A stretch of 64,000 nt of DNA from Octopus vulgaris (Eukaryota). The notes beneath the pieces are model-generated. The model was given only the letters and a program-made list of their open reading frames with translations. It had not been told where the DNA came from and made no database searches. The position numbers and the translations under genes are program-made. Below are positions 51,906-64,000 of the stretch, piece after piece (positions within the stretch are counted from its first letter, which is position 1; every line of letters starts with the position of its first letter). The stretch lies in assembly GCA_951406725.2 (NCBI GenBank), contig OX597827.1, forward strand, positions 80,042,001-80,106,000. The letters are read 5' to 3'.

Positions 51906-53031
51906 ATAGTAATATTAAATTTTTAGAATAAAATAATCTTAGTTCATCATAGAAATAGTTGTGATAAAGAAAATGGAGTATGGTATGGTCACAATGAAGT
52001 CTGATGGTAATAATTTCAATTTACTTGTATCTCTAACAACATTAGAACAACCTACCAAATCCCATATTTTTTCTTCAATAAAGACAATAGAAATAATCAC
52101 CTATTGATGGATACCCTTAATTATGTAACTTCAGACATTTGACCTCCATTATTGAGTAAAATAAAAGCAAATATACACTAAAATAAATAAAAATCTTAGT
52201 AATGGAACGACATCACTCGTCACTGACATATCTGCTAATTAATAGTTTCAATTTATAAAGAAATAACCAAAACAGGAAAATAGCAAACTAAATTCTTTAA
52301 TTTCAAATCAAATTTCACCACAGTTGACTCTACCTAATTACAGGTATGAAGAGACAACACTAGAAACATACAGGTGTTGATTCAGTCAAATATAAGTAAA
52401 ACACTAACCAGCAAAATTAAAATTGTTAGCATAAATTAAAAAAACTAAAACATTTGTTCAAATCTAGGTTAAATTATTTTAGTTAATAATTATTACTAAT
52501 TGAAACATGGATAAAATCTAAGATATTGTTATATTTAAGAAATTTAAATCTTCATAGAAGACAGCATTTTAGGAAAGTAAATGACAAAGCAGCAATCCAT
52601 TTCCTTTACGTACTGTTTCCTTCCGTTCTTTAACAAATAAGTGTCTCATGAGGATACAACAAAACAAATGTATGTATTGAAAATAACTGAAATATTTGGA
52701 TCTCAGTTAATAAAAGTATATTACAAACTGAGGACTGAGAAATAAAAGCTAAAAAGAAAAGGCCATTTGTAAAGAGATAAAAATATGGATATATTAGGAT
52801 AAGTAATAAGGATTTTGTGGCAAGTTGAAATGAATCAACATGAAGAACTATAGAGAAACACAGAAACATTTGGAATAAAAAATGGAAAAGACAAAGGAAA
52901 TTCTAAATATAATCAAAAGATTTTTCCTTTATGAGAATCTAAATTAGAAATTTGTTAGTTTTGTAATAAAGAAAATATATAAATTTCATAATGTAAATTA
53001 TACAGGAATATAATATTAATGACAGACTTAC

Positions 53032-53390
53032 ATTTATTGAGTAAAATCCTTTGTTGTATAAACTGTGACTTGGTCCCAATGTTCTGTTGTTAATGGTTGT
53101 CTGTGTCACTGCTGCTATGGTGTGACAATGGCTTCATGTTGATGGAATAGTGTTGGTGGTGAGTCAGTGGGAACCAGCAGTTCCCTCTCAAGTCTTCCTC
53201 TGTAGATGTGTGATGTTTAGTGAGTGTGTAAGTATACGAATGTGTGTGTGTGTGAGATGGGTGATGCTTATTCCAGTTTCACTCAGACTATTTCCCCTCA
53301 CACAGAAGAAGAAAGAAAGAATACAGAATATCAGCCCCACTAACAGTCAGCCATGTTAAGTCTATACAACACCAATATGTCTGATGTAGA
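53032..53390 (-). promoter_or_regulatory. Conserved leader exon/promoter cassette (probable exon 1 of G6)
   Basis: Invariant core; donor ATAAAT|GTAAGT. Confidence 0.6.
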
Positions 53391-53803
53391 AAAAGACTGG
53401 CGTGTGTATATATATACATTCAGTGTTTCATATAGATCTTATATTAACAAAACATTATTGTTGTTAGTAAATATATTTACTAACTTATGATGTAACACAA
53501 AATTCATAATGGAAAATACTGATAAATATGTTTATAAATGAGGATATTTTGAAATAATTTATATTTTATGACCTAATTTCTAAAAAACCATCAGTTGTCC
53601 TTATAAACACAGAAGGAATGTTTAAAAAAATGTCTAAATGCTGTAAGACAATAGTCTTCTTAAGAAAGTCATTTCTTGTTTCTTAAATGCCTTACATAAT
53701 TAATTTTTCATCATATTATATTTTGATTGTCTATTTAAACATAAACATTCAAGACACTACTTATCAATTGCCAAACTTCCTTATTGCTATTTTAATATAT
53801 CCG

Positions 53804-54035
53804 TATCAGCTGAACAAAGTTAAAACATGGTCTGGTTTTCACAATTTTTATTATGGTACTTTAACATAAAAAAAATATTTTGTAATGCTCATAAAGTTAA
53901 ATTAGCACTCTCATACACTATATATATGAAAATGCTAATTTAACATTATGAGCATTACAAAATATTTTTTAATGTTAAAGGACCATAATAAAAAACGTAA
54001 AAATCAGACCATGTTTTAACTATATTCAACTGATA
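53804..54035. repeat. Long inverted repeat (~110 bp arms) downstream of the G7 stop
   Basis: 53804-53915 is the approximate reverse complement of 53925-54035; 9 nt loop. Confidence 0.85.
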
Positions 54036-54066
54036 TGTTATTGTATATACATTTACACAAATTTGA

Positions 54067-54113
<47 letters not shown>

Positions 54114-54271
54114 TGAGATGAAACATTGTCCAATCCAGCAGAAAATGATTCAAGTGATATTAAAATAAAACATTCATTACTCATTCTTAATATATTTTGA
54201 AGACTTAAAGATCCACTACAAATTTATATAATGTGAAAGGTTAGGAGTTTGTGAGTAATAATTGTAACTGA

Positions 54272-54387
54272 TCAGTTGTTTATAACATCAGGTGTAGCAG
54301 GGAGTTGTCTTTCTGGAGGTTTCACATATCTGTCCTGGGGCAGTTTCTCAGTGTTGGCTGTGGGGTCCTGTTGCATACCATAGATAG
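54272..54387 (-). CDS. PCDH: Protocadherin G7 terminal exon B (AIYGMQQDPTANTEKLPQDRYVKPPERQLPATPDVINN*)
   Basis: Acceptor TGTTTCAG, phase 1, TGA at 54274-54272. Confidence 0.82.
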
Positions 54388-54473
54388 CTGAAACATATAC
54401 AATGGTAATACATAGAGTCAGTTTTGTATATTATATTTATCCTTGTTATTCTCTTAGTTTAAACTACCCTTAC

Positions 54474-54627
54474 CTGACATTGCTGGTATTTCTTCATACT
54501 GTCTACTTGACCGCTCACTCCAGCACTGTCCACTGCTCTTACGACTGGTCAGTGTGTCAGTGGGATAGTTAGAGGATGGTCTGTTGTCTCCATAAGATGT
54601 CACCTCAATCGGTTGACTGTATTTCTG
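54474..54627 (-). CDS. PCDH: Protocadherin G7 tail exon A
   Basis: 154 bp, CAGCAG acceptor, GTAAGG donor. Confidence 0.85.
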
Positions 54628-54794
54628 CTGTAAAATACAATAGTAACAAGATATAGATAATATAATTGATACTTTCTCTGGAGTTGTATGCATCCATCTT
54701 TGGTATAAAACAACTGCCTACTTTTTTACCAATATCAATCAGTTTGGCAAAATAACTGTAAAATAATACAGTTCTCTATTTAAGAGATGAAGAA

Positions 54795-55016
54795 TTATGT
54801 ACATTATTTACATTTGATGGATATTTGTCCTCAACTTGTTTGTTGATAACACAATGTTTCGGCTGATATACCCTCCAGCCTTCTTCAGATGCCTTGGGGA
54901 AATTTCGAACCTGGGTTCTCATTCCTTAGGTATTTTTAGATGTTAGAATCTTGAGGTTAAGAGCGCGAGCTACTAACCTCAAGATTCCAAGTTCGATTCC
55001 AAGCAGTGACCTGAAC

Positions 55017-55074
<58 letters not shown>

Positions 55075-55218
55075 TTGAAAAATACCTAAGGAATGAGAAC
55101 CCAGGTTCGAAATTTCCCCAAGACACCTGATGAAGGCTGGAGGGTATATCAGCCGAAACGTGTTAACAGCAAACAAGATGAGGACAAATATCTGTCGAAT
55201 GTAAATAATGTAAATAAT
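54795..55218 (+). mobile_element. Non-autonomous Penelope-like element: tRNA-like head, (AAT)n, hammerhead-containing arm, preceded by an inverted copy of that arm
   Basis: Arms 54795-54945 / 55070-55218 are reverse complements; CTGATGA-A-GGCTG..CAGCC-GAAAC at 55127-55159; B-box GTTCGATTCC at 54991-55000. Confidence 0.65.
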
Positions 55219-55537
55219 GAACTGTAAAATAATTTCTTATGCAGGCACAAGGTCCTTTTTATGGAAAGAATACAATCGATGGAACTGCACTCCATACATA
55301 ACTGGTATAAAAGGCAAACTCCAGCAGCATTTTGATTCAGTATACAACTAGATATAAATACTGTCAAATAATTAATCCCATGCTTTACCATTTCTGATGA
55401 AAGAAAAATTTCAAGCAAAATTACCAATCAACACTAAAGCAGAATCAAAGAAAAGGTAATGATGATGATGACAAACTGAAATAAGAGGAGGAAATAGAAA
55501 AAGACATAGAATACTATTTACTGACAGATTATAAAAT

Positions 55538-55940
55538 TAACCCCTTCAATACCATCCCACCTGACACCACACATAGCTGCATGAAATAAAATTACTGCTT
55601 TAACACTTTTGATACCAACCCGACTGAAACCAGTTCTGGCTCTGAGTACAAATGTCTTGTTTTCATAAGTTTTCAATTAAAATCTTCCAACAAACCTTAG
55701 TCACAATTTATGTTCCTAACACTAGCTGAATGATAATAAAGTTATTTTACTAAATTTTTTGTTATGTTTAAAGTAATTGAAAGAAAGACAGAGCATCCCA
55801 AAATAAATACAGTAATGAAAGGGTTAAAGTAATATAGATTAAAGCTTTTCCAACAAAATTTCATGTTCATTCACATCCCGAACACCAGCCTAATTCAACA
55901 GTTATTTTAGTAAATTCTTTATTATTTCCAAAATTAATTA
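55538..55940. mobile_element. piggyBac-type (TTAA) MITE at 55600-55827 nested in an older related copy
   Basis: ttaacactttt...aaagggttaa termini; similar sequence starts ttaacccct at 55538 and resumes after 55827. Confidence 0.6.
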
Positions 55941-56000
55941 AGACAAAGGTGATGTGTTTGAAAAGCAACAATATAGTAACAAAACAGTGAAAAAGCTTAC

Positions 56001-58358
56001 CCTGATAGACTTCTGAAGTGTCCGACTCATTGTGGATGTCTTCCAGTCTTCAGGATAGTAATGGCTCCTCGAATGACCATATCTGTCTGACATCTCTCCT
56101 CGATTACCTGACATCACAGGTACACTGTTGTTACCTTGATAGATCAACTGTCTCATCTCATTGCGACATTGGTATGCCTGTTTCTCTTCTGCTGTTCTTT
56201 CAGATGAGCTATTTCTCACATTGTTACATCTCACAATACACAGGGTTATAGAAACCACAATGGCTATAGATACTATCACAGCTGCTACTACAATGATAAT
56301 CAACAATGTCGCATCTATTGTGTTATCACTTGGTAGGTGCACAGCTGTGAACATTGGTGACGTCTTGTTACTAACAGTCAGTGTCAAAGACACACTAGTT
56401 GTTGCTGACAGAACTGGAGTACCACTGTCTTTCACAACAAACTCAAGCTCATATGATCCGGCATCATTTTGGTAAACTGTGCGAGAGTAAGATAACACAC
56501 CAGTGAACGAATCCAGTTTAAATAACTGTCTCTCGTTACCTGAAACGATTTCGTACCTGAGAAAAGCATTCATGTGACTGTCTATATCAGATGCTTTCAG
56601 AACTGTGATGTCGTTCTTACTTTGTGGATGATAGTGGACATTAAGAGTGAAAGGGTCAACACTAGGAAATGTAAAATATGGAGCATTATCATTTCTATCC
56701 AATACTTCCACTTCAACATTCACTGTGTTATTCAGAGATGGGCTTCCATTGTCTTTCACAAAAACCTCAAACTCATAGAAATCTCTGTGTTCTCTGTCTA
56801 AAGACTGGTTTGTTGAAATAAAGCCAGAGTTGATAATCTGGAATGGCAGACGATATTGCTGTTTATTTCTCAGAGAATAAGACAATTCACCTCCCTTACC
56901 AATATCTGGGTCTGTAGCATTGATAAAGCCAATAGGGAAATTAGCTTTGTCATTCTCATAGGTAAGGAACTTGAATGTGTCTTTCGTAAAGTGTGGTTCT
57001 ACATCATTCACATCCAACACTTGGATTGACAGATCTTTATCAGTTTTCAGAGCAGGTAATCCTTTATCTTCACACGACACAGTAAAGTGATAATGTTCCT
57101 GTGTCTCTCTGTCTACTGCTTTCTTTAGAACTATTTTATATTCCTTCGATCCCATTGACTGTAGTTTGAATGTGTCGTCTTTGATATGACAGTTCACCTG
57201 TCCATTGTGTCCAACATCATTGTCAGTGACCATCACATAAGCAATGAAACTACCAACTTTGATGTCTTCCAGAATGGTAGCTGTGTTGTGATTCTGTGTG
57301 GAAATAAAGTTCACATCAATATTTGGAGGATTGTTCTGCTGGTTGATGACATTTACCTTAACAGTTGCTATGGTACTGAGAGGAGGAATACCTCCATCTC
57401 TGGCTTCAATGTATAATTTTAAAGAATTTTTTGTGTCAACCTCTAAAGATTGTACTAAGAAAATTTTTCCAGTACTTTTATCTAAATGAAAGTATCTCTT
57501 CATTTTTTCTGCAGTCTTTCTACTGAAATAATAAGATATTTTACCATTCCTGCCAATATCTAAATCACTGGCAGATAATGTGACTACTGGAATGTTCTTT
57601 TTATGTTTATGTTCTATAGAAACATTGTAGATACTTTGAGAAAACTGTGGTCTGTTATCATTTTCGTCTTTTACAGATATTTTCACTTTTAAAACAGATT
57701 GTTTTGGTGGAGTTCCCCCATCTTTAGCAATGACTTCAATATTGTAACTGTCTTTTGTTTCTCTGTCTAATTTCTCTTCTAAAATAATTTCTAATGATGA
57801 TATGCCATCAGCTTGTTTGGCAACTAATAAAGAAAAATGTTCATTATCCTTTTTTAATTCATATGTTACCAAGCTGTTCTTATGACCCATATCTTTATCA
57901 ACAGCATTGGGTATTGATCTTTTCGTGCCTTTACCATCTGTTTCAGAAAACTGAATGCTGACCTCTTCAGTTGGAAACTCAGGTTGGTGGTCATTGATGT
58001 CTTCTATTATGACTTTAATCTTTAAGATCTTCATAAATGTCTTGGATTTGTGAACAGCAACTTTAACGATTTCAAAACATTCTTTCTCATAACTACACAC
58101 AGACTCAGCATCCAATGTCTCAATAGTGTACAGTTTACCTGTTCTCGTCACATTGAACAACTGTTCTCCCTTTTGTTGGAGTTGACTAAATGTAATCAAA
58201 TCCTTATTCTTTAAGAAGGAGCTGTCTGCTTTCTGTAAGTCAGTAGCAATGTCCCCTACATAGGTATAGGGACTATTCTCTTCTTCAACATGGTATGTGA
58301 TATCTTCACTTAGGGAACAGTGGAAGAAAGTCAGTAAAACACACAGAAGTCGCAACAT
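56001..58358 (-). CDS. PCDH: Protocadherin G7 large exon
   Basis: Six EC repeats and TM; acceptor TATTTCAG (exon starts 58414), ATG 58358 (MLRLLCV), donor AGG|GTAAGC. Confidence 0.93.
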
Positions 58359-60128
58359 CTCTGGTTTTGTTGTTAATACAGTATCCAAGGGAAAGACAGC
58401 TTCAAATGTTCGGTCTGAAATAGAAATATTCATTGCATTATTGAGAAAAAAAAGAAACATAACTGGTCATAATGTTTATTCATCTACTCTAAATTCTCTT
58501 CTATTTTGGTTGTTTCCATATGAAAAATGTTTATTATAAAATACTTATTAATCTATTTGTATATTAATGAGAAATCAATGTAAATTTACAAAAGCTACAA
58601 TATGAAACACATCCCTCTTTACATGTAGTTTTTTATTGTTCAAATGATGCAAATGAATTTCTTTTAAAAGGGATATGATGCAGACAAGAAACAACAATGA
58701 CAGCAATGTTCAATATTAAAATTCCAACAAACTGATCCTTTTATACCAACCAAACTGTCTTTGAATGCAGCCTCTTCTAGGAACATTGATTATTATACAC
58801 AAACTAGAATAACACACTCTGCATATATATCTACGGTATAGACTCTGATTAAAGCAAAGTGTATCATAAGACGCATATAAGAATTGTGAATTAATCTTAG
58901 ATAATTTCTCAACAACTCCATGCCATGTTTACATGCAAGCAGAATTATAAGGAGACATTGCATAACTATGCTTGTTCAGGCAGAGCATAACAGACAATAA
59001 CAAGGAACTGCTTCAGTGCACATTCTTGGCAATTAACAGAAAATCCCTGACCATCTAAACATTGCTTTTCTTAACCTGATATTAATCTATGTCTAATATT
59101 TTGGTATGACTGTAAGGTACCAGAGAGAGAGAGAAAGAGAGAGAGCAGTGGATGTATCAAATACTTTTCTTCTCTTTCATCACAATTATATATACACATG
59201 TCATACATGGTAAAGCTTGAGTTAATTCGCTGGTGCCAGTATATGTAAAGAAACATGGCACAGCTTTATATCCCAACTTACATTACAAAATAGCTGACTT
59301 ATCTAATCTATAGTGTTACCATTTTGTAGAGATATTCTCAGGAATAACATCTCCACCAACTATTAAGAAAGAATAAGCATAATGCTGTGAGATATGAGAG
59401 AAATTCAGTTATATTAGCGCCAATACAGTCCCCATTAATAGTAACACACACACACACACACGTAAATTACGATTGATCAAATTAGATCTAATTCTCCTAT
59501 TTTAACATGTTCAGTACTTGAATTACTATTCTTGATGCTGATAAAACATCTTACCTATTTAATACAAATATCAGTTGAATTCACAAACATTTTGATTGAC
59601 TGTTTTCATGGAAGAAGTCAATTACAAAGCTACTGATAAGAGATGTATCTCCAGTCATTTACATAATGCTTTGACAATATGATGTAGGGAAGATATAAAA
59701 TGCAATAATTAAGGAGCAACCTATAATAAAATGTTTAGTTAAATCTATTGAAGGAAGTAAAGAGAAAATACATTGCTTATTTCTAGTTTTGAAACAGCAG
59801 GAATAAAGACTAATCAATATATTAAAGGAACTGTGGCTAAAATAATATGAGAATCTAGAAAAGGAAAGAATGCCTAAATTAAAAGTGGAAATGAAGTAAA
59901 TATCTTTTAAAATTGTTTTATATGATAAAATACATTTAAATTATTGAAAATTAACAAATCAATATTGAAAACTAGTTCAAGCCTAAATGTTCAAGAATGT
60001 AGGTTTAGATTTTTCATAAGTGACCCACCCATATGGTTAGTGCTCCTATGATTTTGGGAATAAAATATGAATATTTCAAAGGCATTGCTGTTAAATATCC
60101 ATATGCATACAGGGACATACATTTCTAG

Positions 60129-60391
60129 ATCTCATATTGTAAATGTAACAGTTTATATATATATATATATATATGATAAGACAATCAATACTTCATTTCA
60201 TTTTATTATATATACTATTTATACTATATATTCTATATTGTACATTAATATCATAAAGAATATAAATAAAACATAAAAAACAGACAGAGTTGGAATTTCT
60301 TTGAATAATATATATCCCTCTATACACAATCATACAAACCCCTTTATATATATATATATATATATAAACTGTTACATATACAATATGAGAT
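60129..60391. repeat. Inverted repeat (~45 bp arms including TA runs), MITE-like
   Basis: atctcatattgtaaatgtaacagtttata / tataaactgttacatatacaatatgagat. Confidence 0.6.
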
Positions 60392-60834
60392 ATATATACA
60401 CACATACATACAAACTCCTTGGCCTCTACCTCAATGGTCATACTTTCAATGAGAAATTTTACATTTAAACTAATTAGAATAAACCTCACATATACTTCAA
60501 TGATTACATACAACATAATTACTACGAATATAATGAAAATGACTGCTTGAGTCTATAATAATAGACAGGGTAAAATATGAAGCAGGAAACTGCTACGTAC
60601 TCAAAATAATTTTTAAAATATACAGTTAAATCAAAATAAATATTCTATTTCTTTAACGTTCTCCTGTTAGTAGATTATTTGATAGCCATTATGGAAAAGA
60701 AGACATTCAATATGAACTGACACAGATCTAATATGGCCACCATCAGAATATTACATTTTCATATTACAGGAAGGCTACATATGAAATCATTATTTCACGT
60801 AATTTGAATAAATAATATTGAACAATAAACTTAC

Positions 60835-61252
60835 CTTCATTGTGTGTAAAATCCTTTGTTGTATAAACTGTGACTTGGTCCCAATGTTCTGTTGTTAATG
60901 GTTGTCTGTGTCACTGCTGCTATGGTGTGACAATGGCTTCATGTTGATGGAATAGTGTTGGTGGTGAGTCAGTGGGAACCAGCAGTTCCCTCTCAGTCTT
61001 CCTTTGTGGATGTGTGATGTTTAGTGAGTGTGTAATATACACTTAGAAAAGGAGAGGGAGTAAGATGGGTGATGTTTATTGTATATGTGTGTGTGAGAGA
61101 GGGAGAGAGAGAGGGGGGAGATGGGTGATGCTTACTTCAGCCTCATTCCAACTAGATGCAGTTTCCCTCTCAAAGGCAAGGAAAAGATACACAATCAGCT
61201 CCACTAACAGTCAGCCATGATAAGTCTATATAACACCAACATGTCTGATGTG
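60835..61252 (-). promoter_or_regulatory. Conserved leader exon/promoter cassette (probable exon 1 of G7)
   Basis: Invariant core; donor ATGAAG|GTAAGT. Confidence 0.6.
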
Positions 61253-61788
61253 GAGAGAGACTGACACCGAAATCCTTAGAACAGAGAGGTTATATTAACA
61301 AAATATGGCTGATGTTGTTAATGTGTGTGTAATTTAAAATGTAAATACAATATTGATAATAATAGTTAGTGTGTGTCTGACCTATTCTAAACTAACTCTC
61401 TTATTCAGGATAGATTTGGAAAATTTAAACAAGATATGTAAACAGGGAAAGTATATCTATATGAAAATTATTTATCATAATTTAACAAACTGTTTAAATT
61501 TTAGATTTTATTTTCCTCGTCTGAGTTTTTATTTTTAAATTCTTAAAATATTTCTTTTGCCTATGCAATTAAAGTGTTAGAATTTGATTGAAATTGTTCA
61601 TATCCAAAGCTGCTAAATTAGTCTTCTAAGGAAATATCCCATATATATATATATACACACACACACAAGAATATATCCAATTATATGCAGATAATATTAT
61701 TATGTAACTAAAATATTTCTGCTGTTTTAAATGTTGTGTGAATGTTGAAGGTGATATTATTTCTGTTGTGTTCCTTTCTCAGTCTCAC

Positions 61789-61910
61789 TTAACTGACAAC
61801 AACATCTGGTGTTGAAGGTAACTGTCTCTCTGGAGGTTTCACATATCTGTCTTGGTAATGGTCTCTCTCACTGGTGCTTGATACATCGGGTGGGGCACCA
61901 CCATAGATTC
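61789..61910 (-). CDS. PCDH: Terminal exon B of protocadherin G8 (rest of the gene lies beyond the right edge)
   Basis: Near-identical to G4 exon B (…ERQLPSTPDVVVS*), acceptor TGTTTCAG, TAA at 61791-61789. Confidence 0.8.
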
Positions 61911-62789
61911 CTGAAACACACATATATACATCAAATAAACTTAGATATTCTACATAAAGAAAGTTTATTAATTGGAAATCAATCTTTTGCCCACAACATT
62001 CAGTGAATAAGATTATAGTCAGTTAGTTAAACTAAAATATAAAATTAAAACAACAATAATAATTAAAATAATTTACATTGAGATGATATCTTAATTAGAT
62101 TGGAATTGTTAAATAAAATACAGTTCATTTAGTGACTTCTCTGGTTCACAAGCTGATCAAATTAGATGAATGTATAACTGTGCTTGAAGGCTAAGTTTAT
62201 TAAAAAACTTCTAAAATTCCTTTTATATTATACTGCTTCATATAATTTGATAGTTTCAAGAATATACTTTCAATTTCAGTTAGACATGTTGACATAAATA
62301 TTTCAGTACAAGATTAGTGGAGATATTAAAACAGACAGTGATGTGTATATTTAAAAGAAATGTGTTCACTATCTAAACATAAAGATTTGGAAATACAGAT
62401 AATCAGAATGTGGAGATTGAAAACAGAAACAATCCCCATAATAACAGGTAGTTTGGAAAGGGTTAAAAAGTTGTGGACAAATTCATAATCAATATCTTAG
62501 TAATTAGACAAGCACAAACATACAGACAACAGCACTACCAAACACTGCACATGCTTGGACTTATATTGTCTTTTTCTTTTTTAATATTATAGTTAGGAGG
62601 AAAGGCAGTGTCGAGATGACATGTTAGTGGGCCTCTGCTATTGCTGGGAGGGAGGGAGGAAGATAGTCTCACAGCTGGCTCCTGACCTAAATGCTTGCAA
62701 CAAAGTAGGCTTTGCTAAAGGCACCTAAGATGCCAAGTGGTAGAGCTAAATAGGGTGAGGGGTTACGTCTATCACCCAAGCAGACTATA

Positions 62790-63010
62790 GTACAAACTGA
62801 ACTCAGAAAGCAAAGAGCCAGAACAAATAGCAGAGGACTTATGGTCCAACATTCTTACAGTTCGGCCAATCCATTGCCTTGAATCAGTATTTTTTAATGA
62901 CCTTAAAAGGATGGAAAACAAAGGTGACCTTGGCAGGCTTTGACATCAGAGGGCAGAGAGTCAACTGATACCACAAACCATTTGGTTTGACACTGTAATG
63001 GCTCTGCCAA
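62790..63010 (-). mobile_element. Two diverged SINE family 1 fragments
   Basis: tgaactcagaaag... and aaaaggatggaaaacaaaggtgaccttggcagg...tctgccaattcacc. Confidence 0.5.
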
Positions 63011-63149
63011 TTCACCACCTAATTATACAACTTGTAAAACATTGCATGTAGTCAAAACACATGATGCTGTGTTCAATTATGCAATGATAGCACAAAATGA
63101 CAATAAAAAATCATGGAATGATAATTCTAACAATATTAATACATACACT

Positions 63150-63303
63150 CGCGGAGTGGTTGGCGTTAGGAAGGGCATCCGGCCGTAGAAACACTGCCAG
63201 ATCAGACTGGGCCTGATGCAGCCTTTTGGCTTCACAGACCCCAGTTGAACCGTCTAACCCATGCTAGCATGGAAAACGGACGCTAAATGATGATGATGAT
63301 GAT
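63150..63303 (+). mobile_element. Retroposon 3' end with (TGA)n tail
   Basis: ggcgttaggaagggcatcc...aacccatgctagcatggaaaacggacgctaaatgatgatgat. Confidence 0.7.
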
Positions 63304-64000
63304 TAATAATAAGGATAATTTTCACTTACGGTACAAGAGAAGTGGATAGTGTTAATAATATTTACCTCAGTAGTTTGTAATTCATAAATCTAACTAATAA
63401 TATACACTGCTAGCTGAGCTGTCCAGGGGCTGTCTTAGCAGATGGAAAGATATCAGTGATTACTGGGGTACCATTGTTGAATTCTGTCACAGTGTTACAG
63501 CTGACTGGGTGAATAACCAGATGACTTAGCTGCTGAAAGATCCGAAGGCTTTACTGGCTTATCCCAAACAGTATCACAGTTGAGTTACTAGATGGAAGAT
63601 CTAATTGGTCATCTATCAACAGACTCTACTGGTTTACCACTGTTGTTACACCTAACTGAATTAATAGAGGGATACTAAGCTGATGAAGGGTCAATAAACT
63701 CTACTATGTCACAAACAATAGCAGAACTGACTGAGTTAATAGCAAGTTGACCAAACTGATAAAAAATTCATGTGTCAACATTACGGAATTCTGACGTGAC
63801 TAAAGACAATTAATTAAGCCTTGCTCAAGCCATCCATTTAATTGTAGGTCTTGTAGGGTGTGAATGCCTCTTTCCAATACCAACAAAGAAGGAGCCAGAT
63901 TGACAATACAAGGTGAGGAAACAAAATAATACATCTTGTTCAATTAACTGTTCCACATGAAAGCAATGCAGATGCAACTCAGGTTAGGAAAGATGGGTGA

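Noticed and set aside
54955-55005. Functional tRNA gene
   Set aside because: 5' acceptor strand and A-box are missing, the anticodon stem is mispaired, and it is embedded in a repeat element
33-61252. Regularly recurring conserved blocks as a CRISPR-like or site-specific recombination array
   Set aside because: Eukaryotic locus; the repeats are kb-spaced exons of tandem genes with splice signals and there are no cas or recombinase genes

Overview
AT-rich, microsatellite- and SINE-rich eukaryotic DNA, very likely from an octopus or other coleoid cephalopod. It holds a head-to-tail, minus-strand tandem array of protocadherin genes: seven complete units (here G1-G7, low to high coordinate), the last exon of an eighth (G8) and the probable leader exon of a unit beyond the left edge. 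The inferred unit is a conserved non-coding leader exon ending in GTAAGT, then a ~2.4 kb exon (signal peptide, EC1-EC6, TM, proximal tail), then a 136-154 bp tail exon A and a ~120 bp terminal exon B. EC1-EC3 are strongly divergent between paralogs, while EC4 through the proximal tail is nearly identical at the nucleotide level, which points to gene conversion. Other highlights: a near-invariant leader cassette carrying a 15-codon uORF; cytoplasmic tails pairing a Src-SH2 motif (YEEI) with a class I SH3 motif (R/KQLPxxP); a degenerate Ca2+ linker at the variable/constant boundary; a micro-patch of replacements in EC2 between near-identical twins; a homopolymer frameshift in G4; and Penelope-like elements with minimal hammerhead motifs, one with a tRNA-derived head. 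Exon structures were read by eye from splice signals and phase, without transcript evidence.
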